Virus record (IMG/VR): IMGVR_UViG_3300042914_003164
Location: 45,691-109,690 of that record
Length of the DNA stretch: 64,000 bases
Origin: a virus
Strand: one strand, 5' to 3'
This document shows positions 1 to 8,819 of this stretch, one piece after another. The notes under the pieces are model-generated. The model was given only the letters and a program-made list of their open reading frames with translations, was not told where the DNA came from and made no database searches. Position numbers and translations under genes: made by a program. Numbering within the stretch: the stretch's first letter is position 1; the number at the start of each line of letters is the position of its first letter.

Positions 1-2
1 AA

Positions 3-3000
3 AGTCTCGCTGGCGCGGAAGAGAGACTTCAAGCCCTTGGTGCAGAGCAAAGAGCATTTACACAGGGTACTCGCAGGCTTGGCACACAAGCAAGGAGAGC
101 GCGTCAGCTGGAGATGGATCTTGGCTCTGGGGCTGGTGCGAGCCAGGCCGAGACAGCCGCAACAAGAAGCAGTCTCAGGTTAAGAGCTACGGCAATTCGC
201 CGCGAACTGCGCGAAAGAGCCACAGAAAGGCGGCGGCTTGAGCAGAGAACTCGATCCGCAATGGAGCAAAGTGGAGTAGAGGAAACTCGCCGCACTGAAC
301 TTCGACGGCAATTCGACAATCTTATTGACGCTCAGGGTGATTACGCGGATCAGATTCGCCAAAACGCCAATGAAATGGCGCGTCAGCTCAGGCAAACACG
401 AAACAGGTCAGCAATAAGAACGACAAATACAAGGCGAGCTAGGTACGAAGAAGCGATAGAAAGACTTGGCACCGGGGCTGAATTTGGTGACAGGCCCACG
501 TCTGGATTAAGGCAAAGGTTTGCCGAAATTCGCCAATCGGCTTCGCTCAGGTCTGTCGAGTTGGACAGACTTGAGGAGGCTGAGGCGGCTGTGCGTTCGG
601 GAGCCGCTGCGCGAATAAGAATGCTGCGCGGTGAGCTTGCCTCTAGGAGAATAATGGGAGAGGTGGGCTCAGGGCGCCAAGAACCAGAGGCGCGTGCAGT
701 CAGGGACCAGATTAACGACATACTCAATGAAGTTGCCGCTAGATCGGGCGGCTTTCAGACGACAAGGGCCAGGCTGGTTACAGAGCAAGGCAGCCTTGCG
801 GAGAGGTTGCGGGAGGCTCTCAGGACTGGTAGGGGTCGCAGGGAGGGATTCGATTTTTCTCGCAGGCTTGGTGAGCGACGGGATCGACTTGTAGCAGAAC
901 AAGCGATTGAACCAAGAACCCTTGATAGGGTTAATTCTGCCCTGGAAAGGGCCGGGGCACTAAGAGATGCCGGAGACATAGAAACAGCAAAGGAGGTGTT
1001 AAAGGGTGCTGAAAGAACGATTGCCGCAAGAGAAAGAGAATTAAAACTGCAGAGAAACATCACAAGAGAGAGAGAGGGCGGACTTGACGCCGAAGTTGAC
1101 AGAACCAACAAACTCAACAGCCTGCAAAGAAAGCTCAATGAGCTTCGCGGCGGCGGCGCCCGTGGCTTTGCGATTCAACGTGCTGAGGGCCTGGTGGCGA
1201 GGCTGCCTGAGCTTGAGCAAGCTGGCAATTTTGGTGAATTTAATCGCGTCAGCAAGCAGGCTTCGGATCTACTTTCTGCTACTAGCTCTGCGCTGACACG
1301 ACAAAACAAAAGCACGGCGACCATCTCTCGCTTTCAGAAGGGAATCGCCAAGATTGAAGGTAAAATCGCCCAAAACAAGCAAATTACACTTGAGGAGGCT
1401 AGTCGCCTACAAGCGTTCAACGAGGCCCAGCGTCGTGAACGCGGCCTTGGCCCTGCTCAGCTTGCTCTGCCCTCTGGCGACCCCTCTCTGCCTCGATTCA
1501 GGGGCGGCGCAAGACCCGCTGGCGAGGGCATGATTGGCAGAACCGCCGAAGAAGCATCTACCGCTCTGCGCGAGATCCAATCCGACTTCATCAAGAAGGC
1601 CGCCAAGCCCGTTGGTCAGAAGTTTGTTGAAGCACTGGCAGAGGCGAGTACAAGTGCCATCACGGGCAGGGGCATATTTGAAGCCTTCCAGGGCTTTGCC
1701 AAAGGATTTGGAAAGCTCGCTACATCACAGGGCGCTGGCGGCAAGGCTGCTACTGGGGCAATTGACCCCGCAGAGGCCCAGACTCGATTCAATAAGGCAC
1801 TCAACTCCAGTCGAGCGCTTACGGAGCAACTTAACACGCTTGAGGTCGAAGGAGTCAATGTAGCGCAAGAAAGGATCAAACTGGAAGCCGCCCTCAAGGC
1901 TACCAGGAAAACCAATTTTGAGCTGAACAGGAGTAGCCTAGAGGCGATTGAGGATCAACTTAGCAATACCCGCTCCTTTGTGAGCGCGGAAAGAGCGGTA
2001 ATTACACAAGTAGCGAAGCGCAACAAGCTTGAGCAAGATGCTCTTGACGGCCAAACGGCTAGAACCAATAAACTCCTGGGCCTACAAAGAAAGCTTGGGG
2101 AGCTGACAGCCGCTGGCGTAGGCGGACCAGCCCTGCAACGCGCTCAAGGTCTCATCGGAAAACTTCCCGGCCTTGAGCAGGGCGGCAATCTAGGCGAGTT
2201 CGACCGTGTTGCTGCGCGAGCCTCTGCCTCCCTCCTTGACGCTGCCTCTGCCTCCAGGCTTCAAGCTTCGGCATCGAGAGATGTTGCCGCCGCCGACAAA
2301 GCAAGGGCCGCTGCAACCAAGGGCGCACAGGATGCCGAATTCAAGCTTCGCCAGCTCACGACAAAAGGTGTTGATCCTCGCCAGCTCGCAGCTCCTGTAG
2401 GCGGAAAAACAACCTCCCTCCAGAAGATCATCAACCGAGCCTCCTCTGAGGCAGCTTTTGGCGACCCCGCAAGAGCCAGTGAACTGTTGGATATTGCCAA
2501 TAGGCGGGTTGAGGTGCTTGGTCGAGAGCTTGGCCTTGCTAAGTCAGTTGAATCGCAGGAGAAAAAGAGAGTAAATGCCTCCAAAGCTGTTACAAGGGAA
2601 AATGAAAAGCAGAGCAAAGCAGCGGTTGCCCTTGCCTCCCAGAGGGAAGATGCGCTCGATGCGGAAGTCAGCAGAACTCTCAAGCTCGAAAAACTAGAAA
2701 GGCAGCTCAACGAGCTTCGCGCTGCTGGAGCCAAGGGTGTCAGCTTCCAGCGGGCCGAGATGTTTATTGGCAGACTGCCCGCCCTTGAGCAGGCTGGCAA
2801 TTTCCGTGAATTTGAGCGTGCCGCGAAAGTGAGCGCAGAGGCGCTGGCGGCTACAAGGGCTGGAATGGCTGCCAGCAAGAAGGCTGCGGGCGGCGCAATT
2901 GACCCGGCAGAGGCTCAGACCCGACTAAGCAAGGCGCTCAATTCCAGTCGAGTGCTTCAGGAGCAGCTTAACACTCTTGAGCTGAAGGGTGTCAATGTAG

Positions 3001-6000
3001 CACAAACCAAGGCAAACCTGCAAAATGCGATAAACAATGCCAAACAGTCTACTTTCCAGCTTACAAGAGATAATCTGCAAGAGCTTGAGCGCGAGCTTGA
3101 GGCCGTTCGTTCCTTGGTTGCAGCCGAAAAATCTGTAACAGCAGAGCAGGAAAAGCAGTCAAAGCTCAGAAAGATTTCCGGCGAGAATCTTCCACGTATC
3201 AGGCGGGACACTCTCTCTGGTCTTCTTGGCGATATTCGAGAGTCTGGCGGTGCCGGTCGCGTGCTGATGGGCGGCAGGAGTGCCGAAGGCGCAATTGAGC
3301 AAATCGTTCAGACCTTCAACCGCAGCGTTGGCACTGGAGCTACGGCTGGCAAGGCCGGTCAACAACTGGGCCTAAATGATCTTGCGAAAGTCTCCAAGGC
3401 TTCTACAAGAGAGCTTGAGCTGCTATCGGAAACTCTGACAATGGTTCGCGCTGGAATGCGGACTACTGACAAAGGCTTCGATCAGATCGGTGACACGATT
3501 GCTCGGGTCAATCGCCAGATCCAAAGAACTGATCCCGATGCCGACTTCCTGACCCGCCGGTTAGGCGTCAGGGGCGGCAGGGCGGCCAGTGAGGGCCTGA
3601 TTGGTGGTGCGTTCCCCCTCCTGTTCGGGCAGGGCATTGGAGCGGCTGCTGGTGGTGCTGCTGGTGGTGCTCTTGGCGGTGCTGCTGGCGGGATGCTGGG
3701 CTTCGGCCTGTCCCTGACTGGCACGGCGATTGGCACGGCGGCTGACAACTTGATGCAGGCGGCTCAGGACACGGGGGACATGCTCCGCGACCTGACGGGG
3801 AACTTTGATCAGATCAAGGAAGCTGGACTGCTTGCAAGTCGGACTCAGGAGAAGCTGGTTGAAAGCCTGATTCAAGGTGGCGAGAAAACCGCTGCATATT
3901 CGATCATTCAGGCGGAGCTGAATAGAAAACTTGGCGGAGAAGGTGTTTCCAGGCTTCGCGCCGCAGCTGACGCTGGTGATCGCATGAAGCGTGCAATGGC
4001 TGAGCTTGGTATTCAAATCCAAGAAGCTGTTTCCGGCCCTCTTGCAGCACTGCTCAACTGGGTTTCTGGAGTTGTCGAAGAGGGCAACAAGGTCAACAGA
4101 TATGGGCTCTTGTTACAGCAGCTGCCGCCAGAGAGGGCTCAACAACTTCGTCAAGAGACTCTGGGGGCTGTCGCTCAAGCAGGGCAACTCAATCCCTTCC
4201 GTGTAAGGTCTCCTCTGCTTGGCACTCAAAATCTTGAGCCAGACGAGGGAGAAGTTGCCCGCATTGCCACACTTGGCCAGCTCTCCGCAATTCTTGCCAA
4301 GTTTGAGGCTTTTGTCCCATCTACTCCCCAGACAGAGGAGGAGAAGAGGTCGGCTGCGATAAGGGAGGCCGAAGTTGAGGTCTCTCGCGCCCAGCGCGAT
4401 CTCCAGGCTGTCTCCAGAGAGCTTGAAAGCATTGACATCCTGAAAGGCTTTGAGCAGCGCATTGTTGCTGCCAAGAGAGAGCAGGAAGATATTGATCGCC
4501 AAGCTTTTGAAGCCCGCCGTGACTACGAGCGTCAGATTGCGGACATTCGTGAAAGCGTAGAGAATAGGGTCTCTCAGATCAATCAAGAAAATAAGCAGAA
4601 AGAGATTGACCTGATCGTTAAGCAGGGCGAGATCCGTCAGGCTCAATTCAGGAATGCTGCTCTTGCGATTCAGGGCGAGCTTGCTGGTGACGAGCTTGCA
4701 TCCAGCCTTGCTGATGCTGTTAGCACCTATCTCGGTGCTCAGCTTTCCGCGCAAGACCAGATTGAGCAGCGCCGCGCACAGTTTGAGCTTGACCTTGCTA
4801 ACCAAGAGATTGAGATTGGTAAGTTCAAAATTGACATTGCCAAGAGTGTGTCAAGGTTAAATCTTGATACAAACGAGAAAATTCAGGCTATCAATCTGAA
4901 CATCGCCAGGAGAAACGAGGACGCGGCAAAGAACACTTTTGAATTTGAGAAGAAGATTGCCTCGCTTAAGTTAAAGGCAACTACCAGGGAGCTTGTTCTT
5001 TCGCGGAGTCAGGATGAAATCGACCTTGAGGCGCTGAGAACGCGCAACGCTTCCCTGCCGAGCAACCCGGTGCTAGATGCGCAAGTAAAGGTGCTGGAAA
5101 CGAGAGTTGCGGAGACCAGGAAAGCGACTGACGAAATCCTGGGCATGATCAAGGAGGTGGAGGCCATGCCCCCTCCTGCGCAAATTCGCCCTGTTGCGCC
5201 AATTTCAGCTAAATCCGTAAGCACTGCTGGCGTTGATAGGGCCTTCGCAAGGGGTGTCGCTCTTAGCAGGCAATTCCAAGAGCTTGAAGACCAGCTTGTT
5301 GCCCTAGTGAAAGCTGGGGATGCCCAAGAGTTAGTCAATCAACTTGACAGAATTGCGCTCACCGCTGGCAGGCAGCTCGCCACATCACTGTCTGATGCAG
5401 TCAAGGAATATGGAGTGGCGGTCGGAGACCTGAAACCGATCATTGATGGCGTTGACCAATCCTACGAAGAACTTCGCAATTCCTTTGCTCGACAAAAGCG
5501 CCCAGTTACCCCAGAGCTGGAGAAGCTGCTTGAGGGATACCGCAAGGCACAGATTGCACTAGAGGAACTTGCCCCTACGCAAAGGTTCTACAACGATGCC
5601 ATAAGTGGCTACACAGGTGAGATTGATCAGCTCAAAGGCTCGATTAACGATCTCCTTGGCCCCACGTCAGCTTATGAAAAAGAACTTCAGCGTATCAATG
5701 AGTCTGGTGGCATCCAAGTCAATCCAGAACTGAATACCAGGCTTCTTGAGGCTGCGGCAAATACTGACAGGCTTAGGGAGAAGCTTGAGGCGCTCAACGC
5801 CTTGAACGATCTTGCAGCTGGCTGGACTGATTCGTTCATTAGCTTCAACAAAGAGCTTCTCAAGGGTGAGGGCTTGATCAAGTCTCTTAAGACCTTCTTG
5901 GAGAGCACGGCGGATAGGGCTCTTGACTTGATCCTTGAATTTACCCTGCGTCCAATGCAGGAAAAAATGTTCAAGGACATGGCGAAGTTTCTTGGCTTTG

Positions 6001-7925
6001 AGGCCGAAAAGAATCCACTGCTGAAGCCCCTTGATTCAATCAACAACCTTAACGAGAAGATTTACACTGACCTCAAGGCGATAAAAGACCACTTCCTCAA
6101 GAATGCCCCAGCCGCTCTACCTGTTCAGCCGCAGGCTGCTAATGGCATCGTGCCGGGACCTGGACTAAGCGGAATTCCCGCTTCTCAGCAGATTACCCAA
6201 TTCAGCAATCTCTCTCCTGTAAGCCCGGTAGGCCCCCAGAGCAGCGGTTTGCCGCCCAACTGGAACGAGGGGCTTGGTGCTGGACGTGGACATCAAGGGC
6301 GGGACGTTGGGGTGGACGTTGGCACCACGATTCACGCAATGGAGGCTGCTGTAGTCGAAAGCATTATTAGGGGCTTCGGCAAAGCTGGCGATGCAGTTGT
6401 TCTTCGTTACGCCAACAGCGACAGGCTGGGAGTCTATGGACACATGACCCCTGGCGTAGAAGCCGGTCAGTCTGTTGCGGCTGGTCAGCAAATTGGCGTC
6501 ATAACCCCTGATATTCGGCCAGGTGGCGGGAATAACAGCCATCTTCATTATGAATGGTGGAAGCAGCAAAGAGGTCCCGCAGGAAACCTGCTCGACCCAA
6601 GCGACAGACTGCGCAAAGCGATATACGGTTCGCCTGCTTCAATGAACAGAGGTCCTCAGTCTTCCCTCCCCGGCGCCTTCACCGGGATGGGCGGACCCGA
6701 TGAACTGTTTGCCGTTGAGCAGGTGCAGGGGATCCTTCCACAGGTCGTGAAGGGTGCCGTTGAGAACTACGAAAGATTTAAGGTCGCTGTCGAGAAAGAC
6801 CTTAATTCGCTGAATTCACTAAAAGAGGTGGAGGGTTTTGGACTTGACGCACTGGATTGGGTCAAGAATAAAGCCCCACTGGGCGCAGTTGGACCCGCAG
6901 CAGACAAGGCAATGCGCTCTGACATGAGCGAAATTCTTGTGGAACTTGTCAACAATCGCATGAGCCAGCTTTCTACTGCTCAGCAATCCATGCCCAGCGG
7001 TGAAGGTTCGCCCCTCAACGGGATACTCAAATATGAGGGGCAGCTTAGCGAGCTTGGCTTTACGACGATTGATCTAAATGGCCAATTCTCCAAGGTTGGA
7101 GAATCTGTTTATCAGCTCGACCAGAAGCTTCTTAGCGCATCCCAGTCCACTGAAATGTGGAATGCAAGCCTTGGCCAAAGCGCCAGCACACAGGAAAGGG
7201 CCGGATCGACTGCGGAGAGGACAGCCAATCAAGAGTCCGAAAGGCTGAAGAAGATTGGCCAGTTCGCTGGCGCAAGCATCCAAACCCTAAGCGGTGTTGC
7301 GATGGGTATTGGCGGCGCCCAGATGATCGGCAAGGGTGGCACCTACAACACCCTGATGGGCATCGCCTCCATCTTTGGTGGCATCTCCAGCGTCGCTTCT
7401 GGCATAGGCGGCTTTGGTAACATGTTTGGCTTGAAAGGTTTTGCGGATGGTGGCAGACCTACCCCCAACGAGCCAGCCTGGATCGGGGAAGAGGGAATGG
7501 AGCTGTGGGTTCCTGATAAGCCGGGGACGATCATCTCAAACGATGACCTAGATGATCTATATGTCCCAGGACTTGATGACAAAAACAGTCCTCCGGTTCC
7601 TGCTGGCAGGTACTCTCGCAAGGAGTCTGGCGGGTTCTCTTCGGAGTCTGACTACGATCAATCTGGCGCACCTCTGTCCTATGGCCGATCCGTGCCATAC
7701 CAGCGCAGTGAGACCACAAGGGAGATTGATCGCCTTGAGCGGGTCGCCGCAAACCCACGCGAGCTGCCCCCGATCAAGTATGAAACCCAGCGAGTCAATC
7801 AGTATGAGTTTGTCACCCCTGACCAGCTTGAGGAGTCCAACGCAAGGACCGCGAAGGCTGCGAGGGCGCAGACAATCCGCGAACTTGCTGATAGCCTGAA
7901 GACCCGTAAGCGCATCGGACTCTGA
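3..7925 (+). CDS. Tail tape measure protein (5'-truncated, >2640 aa) with internal repeats and an M23 peptidase domain
   Basis: Frame is open from base 3, so the true start is upstream of the window. Long Ala/Glu/Arg helical sequence, Gly-rich GGAFPLLFGQG segment, C-terminal GFADGG..WIGEEG.EL.VP TMP motif, M23 motifs HQGRD/YGH/HLH at ~6290-6555. Followed by tail tip genes. Confidence 0.93.
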   Translation, partial: SLAGAEERLQALGAEQRAFTQGTRRLGTQARRARQLEMDLGSGAGASQAETAATRSSLRLRATAIRRELRERATERRRLEQRTRSAMEQSGVEETRRTELRRQFDNLIDAQGDYADQIRQNANEMARQLRQTRNRSAIRTTNTRRARYEEAIERLGTGAEFGDRPTSGLRQRFAEIRQSASLRSVELDRLEEAEAAVRSGAAARIRMLRGELASRRIMGEVGSGRQEPEARAVRDQINDILNEVAARSGGFQTTRARLVTEQGSLAERLREALRTGRGRREGFDFSRRLGERRDRLVAEQAIEPRTLDRVNSALERAGALRDAGDIETAKEVLKGAERTIAARERELKLQRNITREREGGLDAEVDRTNKLNSLQRKLNELRGGGARGFAIQRAEGLVARLPELEQAGNFGEFNRVSKQASDLLSATSSALTRQNKSTATISRFQKGIAKIEGKIAQNKQITLEEASRLQAFNEAQRRERGLGPAQLALPSGDPSLPRFRGGARPAGEGMIGRTAEEASTALREIQSDFIKKAAKPVGQKFVEALAEASTSAITGRGIFEAFQGFAKGFGKLATSQGAGGKAATGAIDPAEAQTRFNKALNSSRALTEQLNTLEVEGVNVAQERIKLEAALKATRKTNFELNRSSLEAIEDQLSNTRSFVSAERAVITQVAKRNKLEQDALDGQTARTNKLLGLQRKLGELTAAGVGGPALQRAQGLIGKLPGLEQGGNLGEFDRVAARASASLLDAASASRLQASASRDVAAADKARAAATKGAQDAEFKLRQLTTKGVDPRQLAAPVGGKTTSLQKIINRASSEAAFGDPARASELLDIANRRVEVLGRELGLAKSVESQEKKRVNASKAVTRENEKQSKAAVALASQREDALDAEVSRTLKLEKLERQLNELRAAGAKGVSFQRAEMFIGRLPALEQAGNFREFERAAKVSAEALAATRAGMAASKKAAGGAIDPAEAQTRLSKALNSSRVLQEQLNTLELKGVNVAQTKANLQNAINNAKQSTFQLTRDNLQELERELEAVRSLVAAEKSVTAEQEKQSKLRKISGENLPRIRRDTLSGLLGDIRESGGAGRVLMGGRSAEGAIEQIVQTFNRSVGTGATAGKAGQQLGLNDLAKVSKASTRELELLSETLTMVRAGMRTTDKGFDQIGDTIARVNRQIQRTDPDADFLTRRLGVRGGRAASEGLIGGAFPLLFGQGIGAAAGGAAGGALGGAAGGMLGFGLSLTGTAIGTAADNLMQAAQDTGDMLRDLTGNFDQIKEAGLLASRTQEKLVESLIQGGEKTAAYSIIQAELNRKLGGEGVSRLRAAADAGDRMKRAMAELGIQIQEAVSGPLAALLNWVSGVVEEGNKVNRYGLLLQQLPPERAQQLRQETLGAVAQAGQLNPFRVRSPLLGTQNLEPDEGEVARIATLGQLSAILAKFEAFVPSTPQTEEEKRSAAIREAEVEVSRAQRDLQAVSRELESIDILKGFEQRIVAAKREQEDIDRQAFEARRDYERQIADIRESVENRVSQINQENKQKEIDLIVKQGEIRQAQFRNAALAIQGELAGDELASSLADAVSTYLGAQLSAQDQIEQRRAQFELDLANQEIEIGKFKIDIAKSVSRLNLDTNEKIQAINLNIARRNEDAAKNTFEFEKKIASLKLKATTRELVLSRSQDEIDLEALRTRNASLPSNPVLDAQVKVLETRVAETRKATDEILGMIKEVEAMPPPAQIRPVAPISAKSVSTAGVDRAFARGVALSRQFQELEDQLVALVKAGDAQELVNQLDRIALTAGRQLATSLSDAVKEYGVAVGDLKPIIDGVDQSYEELRNSFARQKRPVTPELEKLLEGYRKAQIALEELAPTQRFYNDAISGYTGEIDQLKGSINDLLGPTSAYEKELQRINESGGIQVNPELNTRLLEAAANTDRLREKLEALNALNDLAAGWTDSFISFNKELLKGEGLIKSLKTFLESTADRALDLILEFTLRPMQEKMFKDMAKFLGFEAEKNPLLKPLDSINNLNEKIYTDLKAIKDHFLKNAPAALPVQPQAANGIVPGPGLSGIPASQQITQFSNLSPVSPVGPQSSGLPPNWNEGLGAGRGHQGRDVGVDVGTTIHAMEAAVVESIIRGFGKAGDAVVLRYANSDRLGVYGHMTPGVEAGQSVAAGQQIGVITPDIRPGGGNNSHLHYEWWKQQRGPAGNLLDPSDRLRKAIYGSPASMNRGPQSSLPGAFTGMGGPDELFAVEQVQGILPQVVKGAVENYERFKVAVEKDLNSLNSLKEVEGFGLDALDWVKNKAPLGAVGPAADKAMRSDMSEILVELVNNRMSQLSTAQQSMPSGEGSPLNGILKYEGQLSELGFTTIDLNGQFSKVGESVYQLDQKLLSASQSTEMWNASLGQSASTQERAGSTAERTANQESERLKKIGQFAGASIQTLSGVAMGIGGAQMIGKGGTYNTLMGIASIFGGISSVASGIGGFGNMFGLKGFADGGRPTPNEPAWIGEEGMELWVPDKPGTIISNDDLDDLYVPGLDDKNSPPVPAGRYSRKESGGFSSESDYDQSGAPLSYGRSVPYQRSETTREIDRLERVAANPRELPPIKYETQRVNQYEFVTPDQLEESNARTAKAARAQTIRELADSLKTRKRIGL
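1084..3127 (+). repeat. Internal duplications within the tape measure gene
   Basis: Unit A (LDAEV.RT.KL..L.R.L.EL...QRA..L..LP.LEQ.GN..EF.R) at ~1084, ~2044, ~2655. Unit B (AIDPAEAQTR..KALNSSR.L.EQLNTLE..GVNVAQ) at 1758 and 2895, with high nucleotide identity. Confidence 0.9.
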
Positions 7926-7926
7926 A

Positions 7927-8415
7927 GTGAAAAGTGATTTTGCAATTGTTAGTTACATTCGCTTCAAGGAGCGTCGTGGAGGCCCTTATCTGCCATTCGC
8001 CTACCAGAACTATTACATCAACGAAACAAGACAGTACCAAGGTGTAGATTACAATTTTGCCCCGCTTGGTGTCTCAGGCGGTGGCGGCAGGCAAGGGGGC
8101 GAGCGTGGCAGAGGTGCAATTGTCTGCCCCTCTAACACCCTTGTTCAGAACATTTTTTGGGAAGCGGACTCAAATAGGTGGCTGGTGGAAATCGCCTCAG
8201 TTGAGGTTGATACACAGAGCGATCAAGAACTTGCACTGATAACCAAGCAGTTTTGGTCCTGCCGCATTGAAGGCAACATTGAAATTGGCAAGCCTGGGTA
8301 TTCCGTTTTACAGCTGTCGAGCCCTCTTGACACGGCTAATGCTATAGTTGGCGGCAGACCTCTTTCTCAGTTTATGGTTGGAGCACTGCCAACAAGCGGG
8401 ACCATTAGCGTATGA
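7927..8415 (+). CDS. Minor tail protein (lambda gpL-like)
   Basis: Directly after TMP; YQNYY..Y.G.DYNFAP..G and LQLSSPLD motifs typical of tail tip proteins in this position. Confidence 0.6.
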   Translation: MKSDFAIVSYIRFKERRGGPYLPFAYQNYYINETRQYQGVDYNFAPLGVSGGGGRQGGERGRGAIVCPSNTLVQNIFWEADSNRWLVEIASVEVDTQSDQELALITKQFWSCRIEGNIEIGKPGYSVLQLSSPLDTANAIVGGRPLSQFMVGALPTSGTISV

Positions 8416-8819
8416 GCCTGCATGACTACCTTGGGCTCAAACATGGATTTGGAGCTGACCCAAGAGACGGTAAAGCCGCAGATTGCCTCCTCCTTTGTTT
8501 TGCACTTCTTGAAGAGGGTGGTGCTTTTGCCCCAAAGCTTGACCCAAGCTGGATTGAGATGGCAAGAGCTGGCCTCTGGGGCTCTCTTGAGGCAATCTGG
8601 AACAGAATGACGGTTGCTGTTGATGGCCCTGAGCCATTTGCAGTTACCCTCCACCGCAACAAGCCAAGACCCGATCACCCAAGACTTGGCGTTTCAACAC
8701 TGATTGAAACAGGCGGATCGCTGGGCATTGTTATGATTCATGCAAGAAAGGGTGTGATCTGGCTACCGCTATCTACACCCGGACTGCCAAAGTTTCAATT
8801 CAGGAAGTTCAAGCAGTGA
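8412..8819 (+). CDS. Tail assembly protein, NlpC/P60-like (gpK-like)
   Basis: YLGL..GFG.D...ADC motif; lies between L-like and J-like genes; ATGA overlap. Confidence 0.6.
   Translation: MSLHDYLGLKHGFGADPRDGKAADCLLLCFALLEEGGAFAPKLDPSWIEMARAGLWGSLEAIWNRMTVAVDGPEPFAVTLHRNKPRPDHPRLGVSTLIETGGSLGIVMIHARKGVIWLPLSTPGLPKFQFRKFKQ

Noticed and set aside
8412-8819. Active NlpC/P60 peptidase
   Set aside because: The Cys motif is present but the expected catalytic His position reads PRLGV, so activity is not supported.
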